This document shows positions 50,201-62,200 of a stretch of 64,000 bases of DNA, piece after piece (within the stretch, counting starts at the first letter, position 1; each line of letters starts with the position of its first letter). Both the position numbers and the translations under genes were made by a program. The notes beneath the pieces were generated by a model. It was not told the DNA's origin and did not search any database. It saw only the letters and a list, made by a program, of their open reading frames with translations. Source of the DNA: Macrostomum hystrix (Eukaryota > Animalia > Platyhelminthes); the NCBI GenBank assembly GCA_950097015.1, contig CATNEN010000001.1:2976001-3040000 (forward strand). The letters run 5' to 3'.

Positions 50201-53200
50201 AATGATGTCCCGCTGTAATTGAGCACACTTGATAATGTTAAATCATAATTGAGCACACTATTTCTTACGTTTTTATACATCGTGATAATTCGTATCGCAA
50301 TTCAGGTTCGCGGACACGCAATGTTCTCGCACAAAGACCTGCCAATCGATTGCGAAACCCTGGAGTACGCCTGGCTTATCGAAGTGACGGTTGGCGACGC
50401 GAGCTGTCGCCTGACCCTGCCCCAATTGGCTGGCATAATTCAGGGCGCCCAAGCGTTTGTGTTCTCGGCTTTGGACAGCGAGAATGAACTTTTACCGGCT
50501 TGCAAGGTAGATCGCTAGCGCCGTGAATGGGTTTATTTTATACGCCAGTTATAAGTCACAGGCTCATTAGATGTGCAAGCGTATTAATCTGATCACACAT
50601 AAAAAACCTAGATCTCATGCTAAAGTACAAATCAGAAGAACTAGATATCGCAAAATAGTACAAATTGATAAAACTGGATATAGAAATAAAGTACAAATTG
50701 TGAAAATTATGTCTAATGAAAATTTATTACTTAAATATGCTAAATTATTTCATTAAGTACAAATTACAGAAACTAGGTTAAAGTACAAATTACTGAAACT
50801 TGGTTAAAATACAAATTACTGAAACTTGGTTAAAGTACAAATTACAGAAACTAGGTTAAAGTACAAATTACTGAAACTAGGTTAAAGTATAAATTACTGA
50901 AACTAGGTTAAAGTACAAATTACTGAAACTAGGTTAAAATGCAAATTACTGAAACTAGGTTAAAATGAAAATTACTGAAACTAGGTTAAAATACAAATCA
51001 CTGAAACTAGGTTAAAATACAAATCACTGAAACTAGGTTAAAATACAAATTACTGAAACTAGGTTAAAATACAAATTACTGAAAATAGGTTAAAGTACAA
51101 ATTACTGAAACTAGGTTAAAGTAGAAATTACAAAAACTAGTTTAAAGTACAAATTACTAAAACTAGGTTAAAATGCAAATTACTGAAACTAGGTTAAAGT
51201 AAAAATTACTGAAACTAGGTTAAAGTACAAATTACAGAAACTAGTTTAAAGTACAAATTACTAAAACTAGGTTACAATGCAAATTACAGAAACTAGGTTA
51301 AAGTAAAAATTACAGAAACTAGTTTAATGTACAAATTACTGAAACTAGGTTAAAGTACAAATTACTGAAACTAGGTTAAAGTACAAATTACAGAAACTAG
51401 TTTAAAGTACAAATTACTAAAACTAGGTTAAAATTCAAATTACTGAAACTAGGTTAAAGTACAAATTATATATCACTGTTACGATAATAGATTTATAAAA
51501 AGAAGGTTTTTGTACACAAAAGTACAAATCATGCTGAAGTGCAAATGTTTTTATGTATATGTATGAATGTGTAAATAAGGAAACAAAATATTCGCACAAA
51601 ACACTATAGGATCGAATTTGTGTTCACGGCCAAACAACCAGCGCCTGTTCGCGTCACAAGCGCACAGACAATCGGCCGAATTGTTTCAGCGAAGAGCAAT
51701 TAAAGTACAAATTGTTGCGTCTATCAATTGACAAGCTCAATCTATGCCTAGTTGAGTCCGGCACTTGTCTCAGTCTCCAAGTGGATCCTATTCGATTGTC
51801 CAATTGCAATTTGCACAGCGAGAAACACGAGGAAGGCTACTCGGCCCTGTTGCCCACAGTGGGTCTGACGCAGTTCGTATTCGCTGGCAAAGCTGCCGAA
51901 ATCGACATCAACTGCATGGACGATGGAGCCTGGATTGAGGTTTGTTTAGATTTAATTAAATATAATTTTATTATTAGTACTGTTGCCTAGTACCTAAGCA
52001 AGATGCTTCATTTAATCCAGAAGTAAAATGGGTAAATTAGAGTGCCTTATGAAAATCTAAGCATGTTACTTATTAGTAGGCTAACTAGGATGTAATTTTC
52101 AAAGCGAAAAACAAGAAAACATGTTTTCATGAAACAAAGGGACAATAAAGGTAATGGACACAGCAGATAATGTAACACAGAGCAAAAAATTACCAAAATA
52201 TTTCCTGGCAAGATTCGAACCAGCGACCTTCTATTACAATGCGGATGTCTTAGTCACTCAGCTATTTACAAGCCCTTGTATATTGAATTTTAGTTTGCTA
52301 TAGTGTGTTCTAAAATAGCAACTGACGTCATGCGCTTACCATGTATGGTAATTCGCGTTCCTTCCAGGTGGCGGCCTTACAAATCGGACCCATTGTGGTT
52401 AACGCCGGTCTGGCATTGGGCCAACCGGATTTGCACGCCATTCAGGACGCCTTCCTGCGCCTGCACGATCGTCGCTACACTCGACTTTGGTTTCTATGGC
52501 CGGTGCGCGACCTGCCGTCGATTGGCCCGGCCCAGACCCAGTCGGCTCATTGCGGCTGTCTCGGCGGTTGCGCCTTCTTTGGCGACAATCTCGGCGGCGT
52601 GGGCTTCTATCCGGACAATCTGGGCGCCACTAAAAATAGATTTGAACCGCGTCTGCTGAATGACGGTAGAAATTCTGGCGTCGGACAGAGCATTCTGGCG
52701 CCAACTCAGTATTACTATCAGGTTGGTACTCATTCAGAAATATAGCTGCCCGAAAATGTGTTGCCTTTTTATTTTTTGAATCGTTTTTTAATTATTATCC
52801 TTGTTTACCATTGTCCCATTAATGTATCCTGCTTTTTCTTAGATATATCATGTTATCCCATTGAAATATTTAATTATCCCCTTGATATCTTAAATTATCC
52901 CATTGATATCTAATATTATCCCATTGATATCTTAAATTATCCCATTGCTATCTAATATTATCCCATTGATATCTTAAATTATCCCATTGCTATCTAATAT
53001 TATCCCATTGATATCTAAAATTATTCCATTGCTATCTAATATTATCCCACTGATATCTAATATTATCCCATTGATATCTAAAATTATCCCATTGATATCT
53101 AAAATTATCCCATTGATATATAATATTATCCCATTGATATATAATATTATACCATTGATGTATAATATTGTCCCATTAATATCTTAAAAAATCCCATTGA

Positions 53201-56200
53201 TATCTAATATAATCCCATTGATATCTAATATAATCCCCTTGATATCTAATATAATCCCCTTGATATCTAATATTATCCCATTGATATCTAATATAATCCC
53301 ATTGATATCTAATATTATCCCCTTGATATCTAATATAATCCCCTTGATATCTAATATTATCCCATTGATATCTAATATTATCCCATTGATATCTAATATT
53401 ATCCCCTTGATATCTAATAATATCCCATTGAAATTTGGGGCTTGTCTTGCAATTTACGCCAATGAGGGCCAACCTTCCAAGGCACAGTGAGAGTGTACAC
53501 TGCCTGTAGATTAAAAAATCAAAAGTAGACGTACACAGTTGTACGGGTGTGTACTCGAGAGTCTGCAGAATTGGTTCTGTGTGGACTGTGGCCAAATAAT
53601 AGACCAATAACTCGCATCGCATTATTTCCACCTATCAGACCCACAATGGCGCAGTGTGTCGCCTGCAGTTCGCTCACCAACTGAGCCAGAGCGGCGCCAA
53701 CGCAGGCGTCAGTGTTCAATCGTCGTCTTCAGTTCAGCTTAGACAGTCGCGTCAAATGTCTGCTTCGTTGAATCGCATCAACTCTGGCGAGCAGTCGGCA
53801 GCCCAGGTGCAGCGCGACAGTGACGCTGACACATTGCGTCAATCGTCCCAGCATCGCCAGTCGTCTAATGACTCCCTGTCCCGGCGAGCCTCCTCGGTGA
53901 TGGCTGGCGAAACTGACAGCGGATCTACTTTGTCTAATATGCACAGGTGAGCAGAATGTATGCAATCATCCATTTTTGGCTCATTAACTCACTCATTTAC
54001 CTATTCATTCATTCATTTCTTTACCTGCTTCACTCATCTACTTGCTCATTAAATCACTCATTTACTTGCTCATTTAGTCACTCATTTACCTGTTCATTAA
54101 GTCACTCATTTACCTGTTCATTAACTCACTCATTTACCTATTCATTCATTTCTTTACCTGCTTATTTAGTCACTCATCTACTTGCTCATTTAGTCACTCA
54201 TTTACCTGCTCATTAAGTGACTCATTTACCTGCTTATTAAGTGACTCATTTACCTGCTTATTAAGTCACTCATCTACTTGCTTATTAAGTGACTCATTTA
54301 CCTGCTTATTAAGTCACTCATCTACTTGCTTATTAAGTGACTCATTTACCTGCTTATTAAGTCACTCATCTACTTGCTCATTAAGTGACTCATTTACCTG
54401 CTCATTAAGTGACTCATTTACCTGCTTATTAAGTCACTCATCTACTTGCTCATTAAGTGACTCATTTACCTGCTTATTAAGTCACTCATCTACCTGCTCA
54501 TTAAGTGACTCATTTACCTGCTTATTAAGTCACTCATCTACTTGCTCATTACGCAACCTTTTTCTAGCTCTCAAAGGTATTTCAGCAGCTGGTTGTTCTA
54601 ATATTTTACCTAGCAATAATTAACCCACTCGCTTAGCTACTCATTAATTCGCTCATTTACCTGTTTGTTTATCAATAAGCCAGATTCTAAAAAAGTCTGA
54701 AACTTTCGCCCCAATTCCCCAGACGCTACATGCCAGACTACACGCCAGCCTTTGACGAGAGTCCCGATCGCGAGTCCAGTCAGTCTGCCCCCGGCCTGCC
54801 CAGGCCTACTAGCCTATTTAGCCGCGTGTCCACAATAACAACGGCCTCTTATAAATCGGCTCTAATGGGACCGGCTGATAGCAGCGTCGGCGGACGATCG
54901 GCTTCAACAGACGGCGGCCTCGACGCCGGCGCCAGCGGTCGCGGAAGCATCTCCAGTTTCTATACTGCGGCCTCGAATTTGTCTGTCAATTTGGATGACG
55001 TCACCATTGGGCCGATGGTGCCAGCTGGAAGCGCTCCCGACGACGAAGACGACACCACGCTGATGGCGAATGCTTCATTAGCTCCTCCGGCAGCTAAAAT
55101 GATCGACGCCAGGCATTCGGCGATATTGACTTTAAAGCCCGTCATCACCGACGATGACGATTACGGCAGCGACGCCAGCACCGAAGACGGTCACGACGAT
55201 GGCCACGGAGGCGGCCGCAGCTCCAGCGGTCGGTCTGTTCACACCGACAGTCTGTGCGGTCATTCTACGGACGACGATGCCGACGATGATAACGAAGGCG
55301 GCATTGGCGACGCTGCTGCTGGCGGCGCGAGCGATTCCAGGAACTGGCTAGATCTGCACTCGATGATGACGGGCAGTCTGATTTGCGATAATCCTTTGCT
55401 AATCCGGGCTTATCTGCGGCACCTTTCTAAATTCTCCTGCCGAAATTGGACAAGCAGAGACAGCGCGCCGGAGTTCATCATCGCCGAGGAGGGCTTCTCG
55501 ACGCGCTTGCTTGTAGACGAGACTTCGTCGCACGACGTCGGCTCGTCGACGCCTTCAGCAGCCGCTGCCAGCGCGGCGTTTCACGAGCGTCGACCGTCGC
55601 ACGATTCCTATTCGGCGGCGTCGGCGGCCGCCTCCGCTGCCGAGGCCTCTAAAACTGTCGCCGTGGTGCGCCTGCGTCGTCGTGTCGACCTTCTTGTGAC
55701 GCCGATTGCGTTGGAGTGCGCCAAGCGTTACGCGGACATCCTGACGCCGCTAGTTGAAACCATGTCGCCTTCAAGCATTCTGGATAATTATCACTTCGCC
55801 TGCGCTTCGACTGTGTCCACAGAGAACAAGCAGAAAAAGTCCAAGCACTCGGACAAACTTCTGGCCGCTGCGGTTGCCGCGGGCTCCTCCACGGCTGAGG
55901 AGTCCCGAGCCAAGCGTCAGACACTTCAACTATCGGCTCAGTTGCCGAGATTGTGCGTGTGTTTCCTGCAAATCTCAACCGTTGAAGAACGGTTCGATCT
56001 GAGAGATTCCACTGCCGGATTGGAAGATCTCACCTGCGTCTCATTGCTAGCGTTGGGTGTCGACGCCCTGTCTGTGCACGCCGTGGTCAATAATTCTATG
56101 CGTCGTTTGCGATCGTTGCCTAGGCAACCACAGCATTCAATGGCCGGAGCGGCGGCTGGCGCCAGTTCTAGCGAATTGGAAGAGAATGTGACAGAGTTGG

Positions 56201-59200
56201 TTTGTCAGGCCAGTGTCCGACGAATTCACGGTCAATTGAGGCGGCTGACTAGGCGAAGTCGGTTTTCCGAAGAGGTGCGGCTTTGTCAGTAGCTTATCAG
56301 TAGTTTGTTAGTAGTCTCAGTGGCTTATTACTAGTCTTTTGTATTTTGCCAGCAATGTTGTCTGTAGTTTGTCCATTGATTGCCAGAATGTTTGTCAGTG
56401 AGTTTGGCAGTAGTTTGTCAGTAGTTTATGAGTAGTATATTTCCTAACCTATCGTTAGTTTATTTTGCATCTGCAGGTTCAGCTAACGGCCATCTCGAAG
56501 TCGCGCGTCTTCTTTAACTTTGCCAGCGATCCCCAACAGCAGCAGCAGCAGCACATGTCGGAGCACCTGGATGCACGCAGCGCCGGTTGGATAATGTTCG
56601 AATGCGGGCTGGAGGACCTTCGCCTGTCGGCTGTTCATCGCGTCACTTTTCGCGACGGCGGCGGCAGCGGTGTCGGCGGCGACAGGCTAAAGTCGACTAC
56701 GATGAGCGGCGAAGCATCGGTGATGGGGCCGGCTGGTCATAACGTCGCGTCTACTTTGGGAGCCGGTGAGATTTTCTGTTTAGATTTTCACCTGGATTTA
56801 TTTTGGGATTCGGATTTTCACCTGGATTGATTTTGGGATTCTGATTTTCACCTGGATTGATTTTGGGATTCGGATTTTCACCTGGATTGATTTTGGGATT
56901 CGGATTTTCACCTGGATTGATTTTGGGATTCGGATTTTCACCTGGATCGATTTTGGGATTCGGATTTTCACCTGAGTTTGTTTTGGGATTCGGATTTTCA
57001 CCTGGGTTGATTTGGGATTCGGATTTTCACCTGGATTGATTTTGGGATTCTGATTTTCACCTGGATTGATTTTGGGATTCTGATTTTCACCTGGGTTGAT
57101 TGTGGGATTCGGATTTTCACCTGGATTGATTTTGGGATTCAGATTTTCACCTGGGTTGATTTTGTGATTTGGATTTTTCACCTGGATTGATTTTGGGATT
57201 CGGATTTTCACCTGGACTGATTTTGGGATTTTGATTATCTACTGGACTGATTGTGGGTTTTCGATTTTCGCCCGTCTTCAAGCGTCTTACTTTCTGGCGA
57301 AAATTTTTGTTTGTACTGGGCGTGTGGGCGTGTTCGTGTGTGCTCAGGATTCTGCGTCTTATTAATATTATTACCACTGCGACTTTTGCTTCAGCCTCAG
57401 CAAGTGCAGCCGCGGCAGCCGCCGCAGCCTCAGCTGCAGCCTCTGGCAAAGACTCGGATTTAGCTGATATTGAAGCCGGCGGTCCGTCCTCTTCGCATCA
57501 GCAGCAGTCATCCGACCGTGCCGCCAGCGCCGCCTCCGCCTCAGCCGGGGCCGACATCGACGTCGACGCCGGCGACCTAGACGAGCCCGGAGATCCGACA
57601 TCGTCCGAGTTCAACTCTCGAGTAGCGGTGCGCACAGTCTGGCTCAGATTCGCGGCGCCACCTCAGCTGCCAAATAAACGTCGCATCGATCTAGATAGGA
57701 AACAGTGGAATCTGCTCAGCACAATGACTCCCACTATTGGCGCCTGGATGAATCCGGCCGATGCTTTGATCTGCTCGCTGAGCTCCATGCGCCGCGCTGC
57801 GGATCATCGCAACCTGGCCGTGCTGGCCTGCCTCATGACCAACTGCGTGGCCAATCAGTCCAAGACTCCGTTTGATACGGGGGCAATGTTCCGCGGCCGC
57901 CACTACGACAGCAATCGCACCCCTATGGCGCACGCCCTGGTCATTGCTCCCTCCTGCTTCCTATTCACTGTGCTGCGTCACTACCTCACTAGTCTGAGTC
58001 AGCACGAACGCGACGATGTTCTGGCCGCGCTGTCCGAGCGAGCCGGCGTTCCATCGACTCTGGAATTGCAGAACGGTCTGTTCGCATTGACACACCAGTG
58101 GAGTAGGCACATCTTCGACATCCAATATCACAGACTGATACGATTGGGCGATATAGGAATGGAAGATATTACCCGATTTGGCGGCCAGCGCGGTCAGCAA
58201 CGCGGCGCTGCTCGAGTTGCCCCGCCAAGTGAACGAAAAGCGCTTGCGATGCGTCTAATGGGCCAGCTGGTTAATCAGCAGAATAGTCTAACTGTGAATG
58301 TGGCTCTGCCGACCACTGATTACGAGCCGACTATGCCCCCTCCGCCGCCTCCGCAGCAGTCGCCACCGCAATCGCCGCAGGTAGATATTGATTTTCATTC
58401 ATTTGTTTCGTGCCTGAAATTTTCGATACATATCGTTTTTTTAAAAGACTTGATTTAGAAATCAAAATTTTTCGATACATATCGGGTGATAAGAAATAAA
58501 CAGGTTAGGTTAAAGATTCAACTTGCGCTTGGTTTATTTTTACGTAAATTCCTTCGATTATATTCTACCTATTTTATACTACTTTCCAAACAACAAAAGT
58601 ACGAGTAGAATGATTCGGATTTTTTGAATTTATAAATAAATCTAAATAAAAATATTAATTTAATTTTCTAACTCGACAGATGGTGGACATTGTGGACGAA
58701 GAGTCGGCAGCCGCCGGCACGGACATGTACCACGAGATGGCCGAAGCAGCGCGCAGAGCGCGCGGCGAACTCGAACGCCAGCGCCTGAGGATCGCTGCCG
58801 CTGCCCAGGAGGCCGAGGCGGCAGCCGCGGCTGCGCTGGAACAGCAGCAGCAGCTGGGAGCCGCCGATTCTGATCAGCAGGAGCGCGGCCCCGTGCTGTT
58901 CCGGCCCCTGTTAGATGTGGCCAGTTTACACGTTAAGGTAACAGGATTTATTTTAATTTTTCGACACATATCGGCTTCGTATTAGTTTCCAGAAACCAGA
59001 TTTCTTGTCACTTCCATGTGCAAATAGTTTAAATAGCCTGGTAAATTCTAAAAAGGCACATTCTTTTGTTGATTTTCATAGACATGCACGACTACAACTT
59101 GACTTTTTTCGATACATATCGTCTCCCAACAACAACTTTTTTCACACTTTACCAGGGCGTGCGTCGAACCACACTAATGAAAAAATTCGGCGGCAGTCTA

Positions 59201-62200
59201 TCAACAACTTTTGTATTGGATGCCTTTCGCATTGACATTGTCGAGTCGTTTGCTAGAAATCCATTGATAGTCAACCCGGCATCGTCGGCTACGTCAGCTG
59301 GCGGTCCAACCGTGCCGCCGGCTGTGCGTGTGAAACGCGGCGCCGCCGGCTCCGGCGACACAGCGTTTCGTTGCAACAATTTTGTGGTTCGCCTAGCCCT
59401 CAGTGACGTGATCGATTTAACATCGGTCGACACCACCAATTTGAATCCGGGCGATTTCAACATTCGCGGAACAACAACTAGGATGTACTGTACCGTCACT
59501 GTGGACTCGCTCGAGCAGTACGTGCGCACTCCGCTCCTAAGGCTAGTGCATCAGTTTGTCACAATGGTCTATCATATTCACGATCAACGGGAGGAGATTG
59601 AAACTCGGCATAGCGGTGTCGGCGGCGCCGGCGGCGGCAGCGGCAGCGGCGGCGGTGGCAGCGGCGGCGTCGGTTTCAGCTCCATCACGTCTAAGAAGGC
59701 CAGCTATCAGAGGCACAAAAAGCAGGACTCCAAGGTTTGCGCTTGGCTCCAATTAGACAGTGGCACATCAGTTCGATTTCTGCATTAACAGTAGGACTAC
59801 CAAGCCATTTGCCGCCCGTTTTTTACCCATTGAGATTTTTCTGCTTGAGCAGTGAAATTTGAGAAATTCGCGTCAGGGTGTCCATAGTGGCCTATTTCCG
59901 CCTGTTGTAGCCCTTGAATGTCAAGCAGTCCGTCTAGATAAAAGTAGGTGACCACCGAAGACGGAGATGATGCAGGCACATTCGGGTGGCATGCTGATCA
60001 ATTTTGAAGGCCTGGCAAAGCCGCACTGAGGCGCAGTGCTAATTCGTGTACGAGTATATGGGTGTGTGAAATTACTTCGGCCAGAACCATTGAATATCTC
60101 GACGGTCTGAAGAGCTGGCTACTTGATTAATGTTTCAGAAGATGCGCAACTAAAGTTGGGCCGTGTTCTTGAGTTTTTTGTGCTTGCGTTGCTCCGTTCG
60201 GGTGCAGCAAAAATATTGTCAGGGGGGAATTCTCCCCTTGGTAGTTCTACTGTTAAAAGGTCGTGGGTTCGAATCCGCAACGGGACGGTACATTAATTTT
60301 TTCTTAATAATTGTTTCAGGGCTCATCGTCAACAAATCGCAGCACTCTGCCATCCAATCGCAGCGTGAAAGGCTCCAGCGGCGGTGGCAGCAGCGATGTC
60401 GGCCTGCCTTCGCCCAGCGATTCGTCCAATCGCGATTTCGCGCCCGAAGCCCGAGCACTCTGCTGGAATCTATTGGACGACTTTATCAGCTGGTATCGCA
60501 AAGGCCGCGTTGTGATTGGCGGAGACACGGCGCCTAAGCAGCTACTCCGGCCGATTCAAGAAGACCCAGTCGCTGGCGGGCCAACCATAGCGCCGTCTGG
60601 TATTTCAGCTGCTGGTGTTGCAGGCGGAGTCGATGTGCAAGTTGAAGCTGATGGCGAGTCAGCCGAGTTTGGTCACGGTCAGCAAAAGCAGCAGCAGCAA
60701 CAGCATTATCAATCTCAACTGTTGCGCTCTCAGGGCAGCTTCAAGCAGCAGCATCATTATCAGCAGCAGATGTCCACCTCCAGTCAGCAGCAGCAGCAGC
60801 AGCAGCAGCGGAGAACTCCGTCGCATCGGGTTTGCTACTTCAGTCCAGTCCGCACACCCCTGCTAGTCCTGCTATCCTTCAAGATCCAGCGCGTACTCAT
60901 CAAGGCCAACATTCGCGAATTAACACTCGACCTGGAAGTCAACTCGGCCCACGGTATGTTCAGCTTTCGCAAGACCGCCAAGCAGAAGCATCGCGAGACA
61001 GCCTTCCAGACCTGTACCAGTCTGCATATTGGCGAAACCAAGGGTCGCTTTGTTGAAGCATTCAAAGCCTCGGAGCAGGTGGTATGCCAATTGACTGTGC
61101 ACAAGTCGCACGCCTCGCTACCCTACAATCGCATTATCAGTGCGCGCGGAGGCATCAATGAGAAGTCTTCGCTGTACATCGGCTTGGGTCGCATAGAGAT
61201 TCGCATACCGCATCATCCGGTTATGCTGCACGATGTTGTACAACGCAGTAGCAAGATAATGACTTCGGAGCTGCAGGAGTTTATGATGCCGCCTCAGCTA
61301 GCCAAGAGTAAAGCTGCCCCACCTATTTCGCCAGCTGATTTCTCCAATAATGCTCGGTTAGTGCTTTCTGCTCAATGCCTTGTGTACTTTTGTACACTTC
61401 TGTGTACTTTTGTCCATTTCTGTGTACTTTTGTCCATTTCTGTGTACTTTTGTCCATTTCTGTGTACTTTTGTCCATTTCTGTGTACTTTTGTACGCTAC
61501 TGTGTACTTTTGTCCATTTCTGTGTACTTTTGTACGCTACTGTGTACTTTTGTCCATTTCTGTGCACTTTTGTCTACTTTCCGCGCAGTCTTATTCTCTT
61601 GTGTCTACTTCTCTCGTGTCTACTTCTCTTATGTCTACTTCTCTCACGCCTACTTCTCGCGTGTCTACCTTTTCTCGTGTCTACTTCTCTCGTGTCTACT
61701 TTTCTCGTGTCTACTTCTCTCATGTATACTTTTCTTATGTCTACTTCTCTCGTGTCTACTTCTCTCATGTCTACTTTTCTCGTGTCTACTTCTCCTGTGT
61801 CTACTTCTCCCGTGTCTACTTCTCTCATGTCTACTTTTCTCGTGTCTTCTTCTCCTGTGTCTTCTTAGGTCGTATCTACTTCTTTAACTACTTTAACTAC
61901 TAACGTGTCTGCTTCTTCCGTGTGTACTTTAATCTGAACTTTTAAATCTTACTTTTCTGCACCTCCAGCCTCGGCTCTCCGCCCTGCGATCGTGTCGACT
62001 CCTCCGCCATGCCGAAGCCGTCGGCCGCCGCCGCTGCTTCGGCGGCTCCTGCGTCGTCAGCTTCAGCCGCAGCAGCAGCAGCAGCCGCCGCGGCCGCCAA
62101 CGCCGCCGCTACAGCAGGCGTGTTAAAAGAACCGCCGCTCAGAATGAAAGTGAAAGCTCAACTGGCCGGCCTAATGATTGAAGCGGCCCTCAATGCCAGC

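Noticed and set aside
49529-57211. Repetitive ORFs in BLTP1 introns (SSVLNYDAT, ISNIIPL, KINPGENPNP etc.) and antisense ORFs over exons
   Set aside because: Translations of minisatellites, or shadow ORFs of GC-rich exons.
60100-60150. Hammerhead ribozyme (CTGAAGA core)
   Set aside because: No properly placed GAAA or closing stems.
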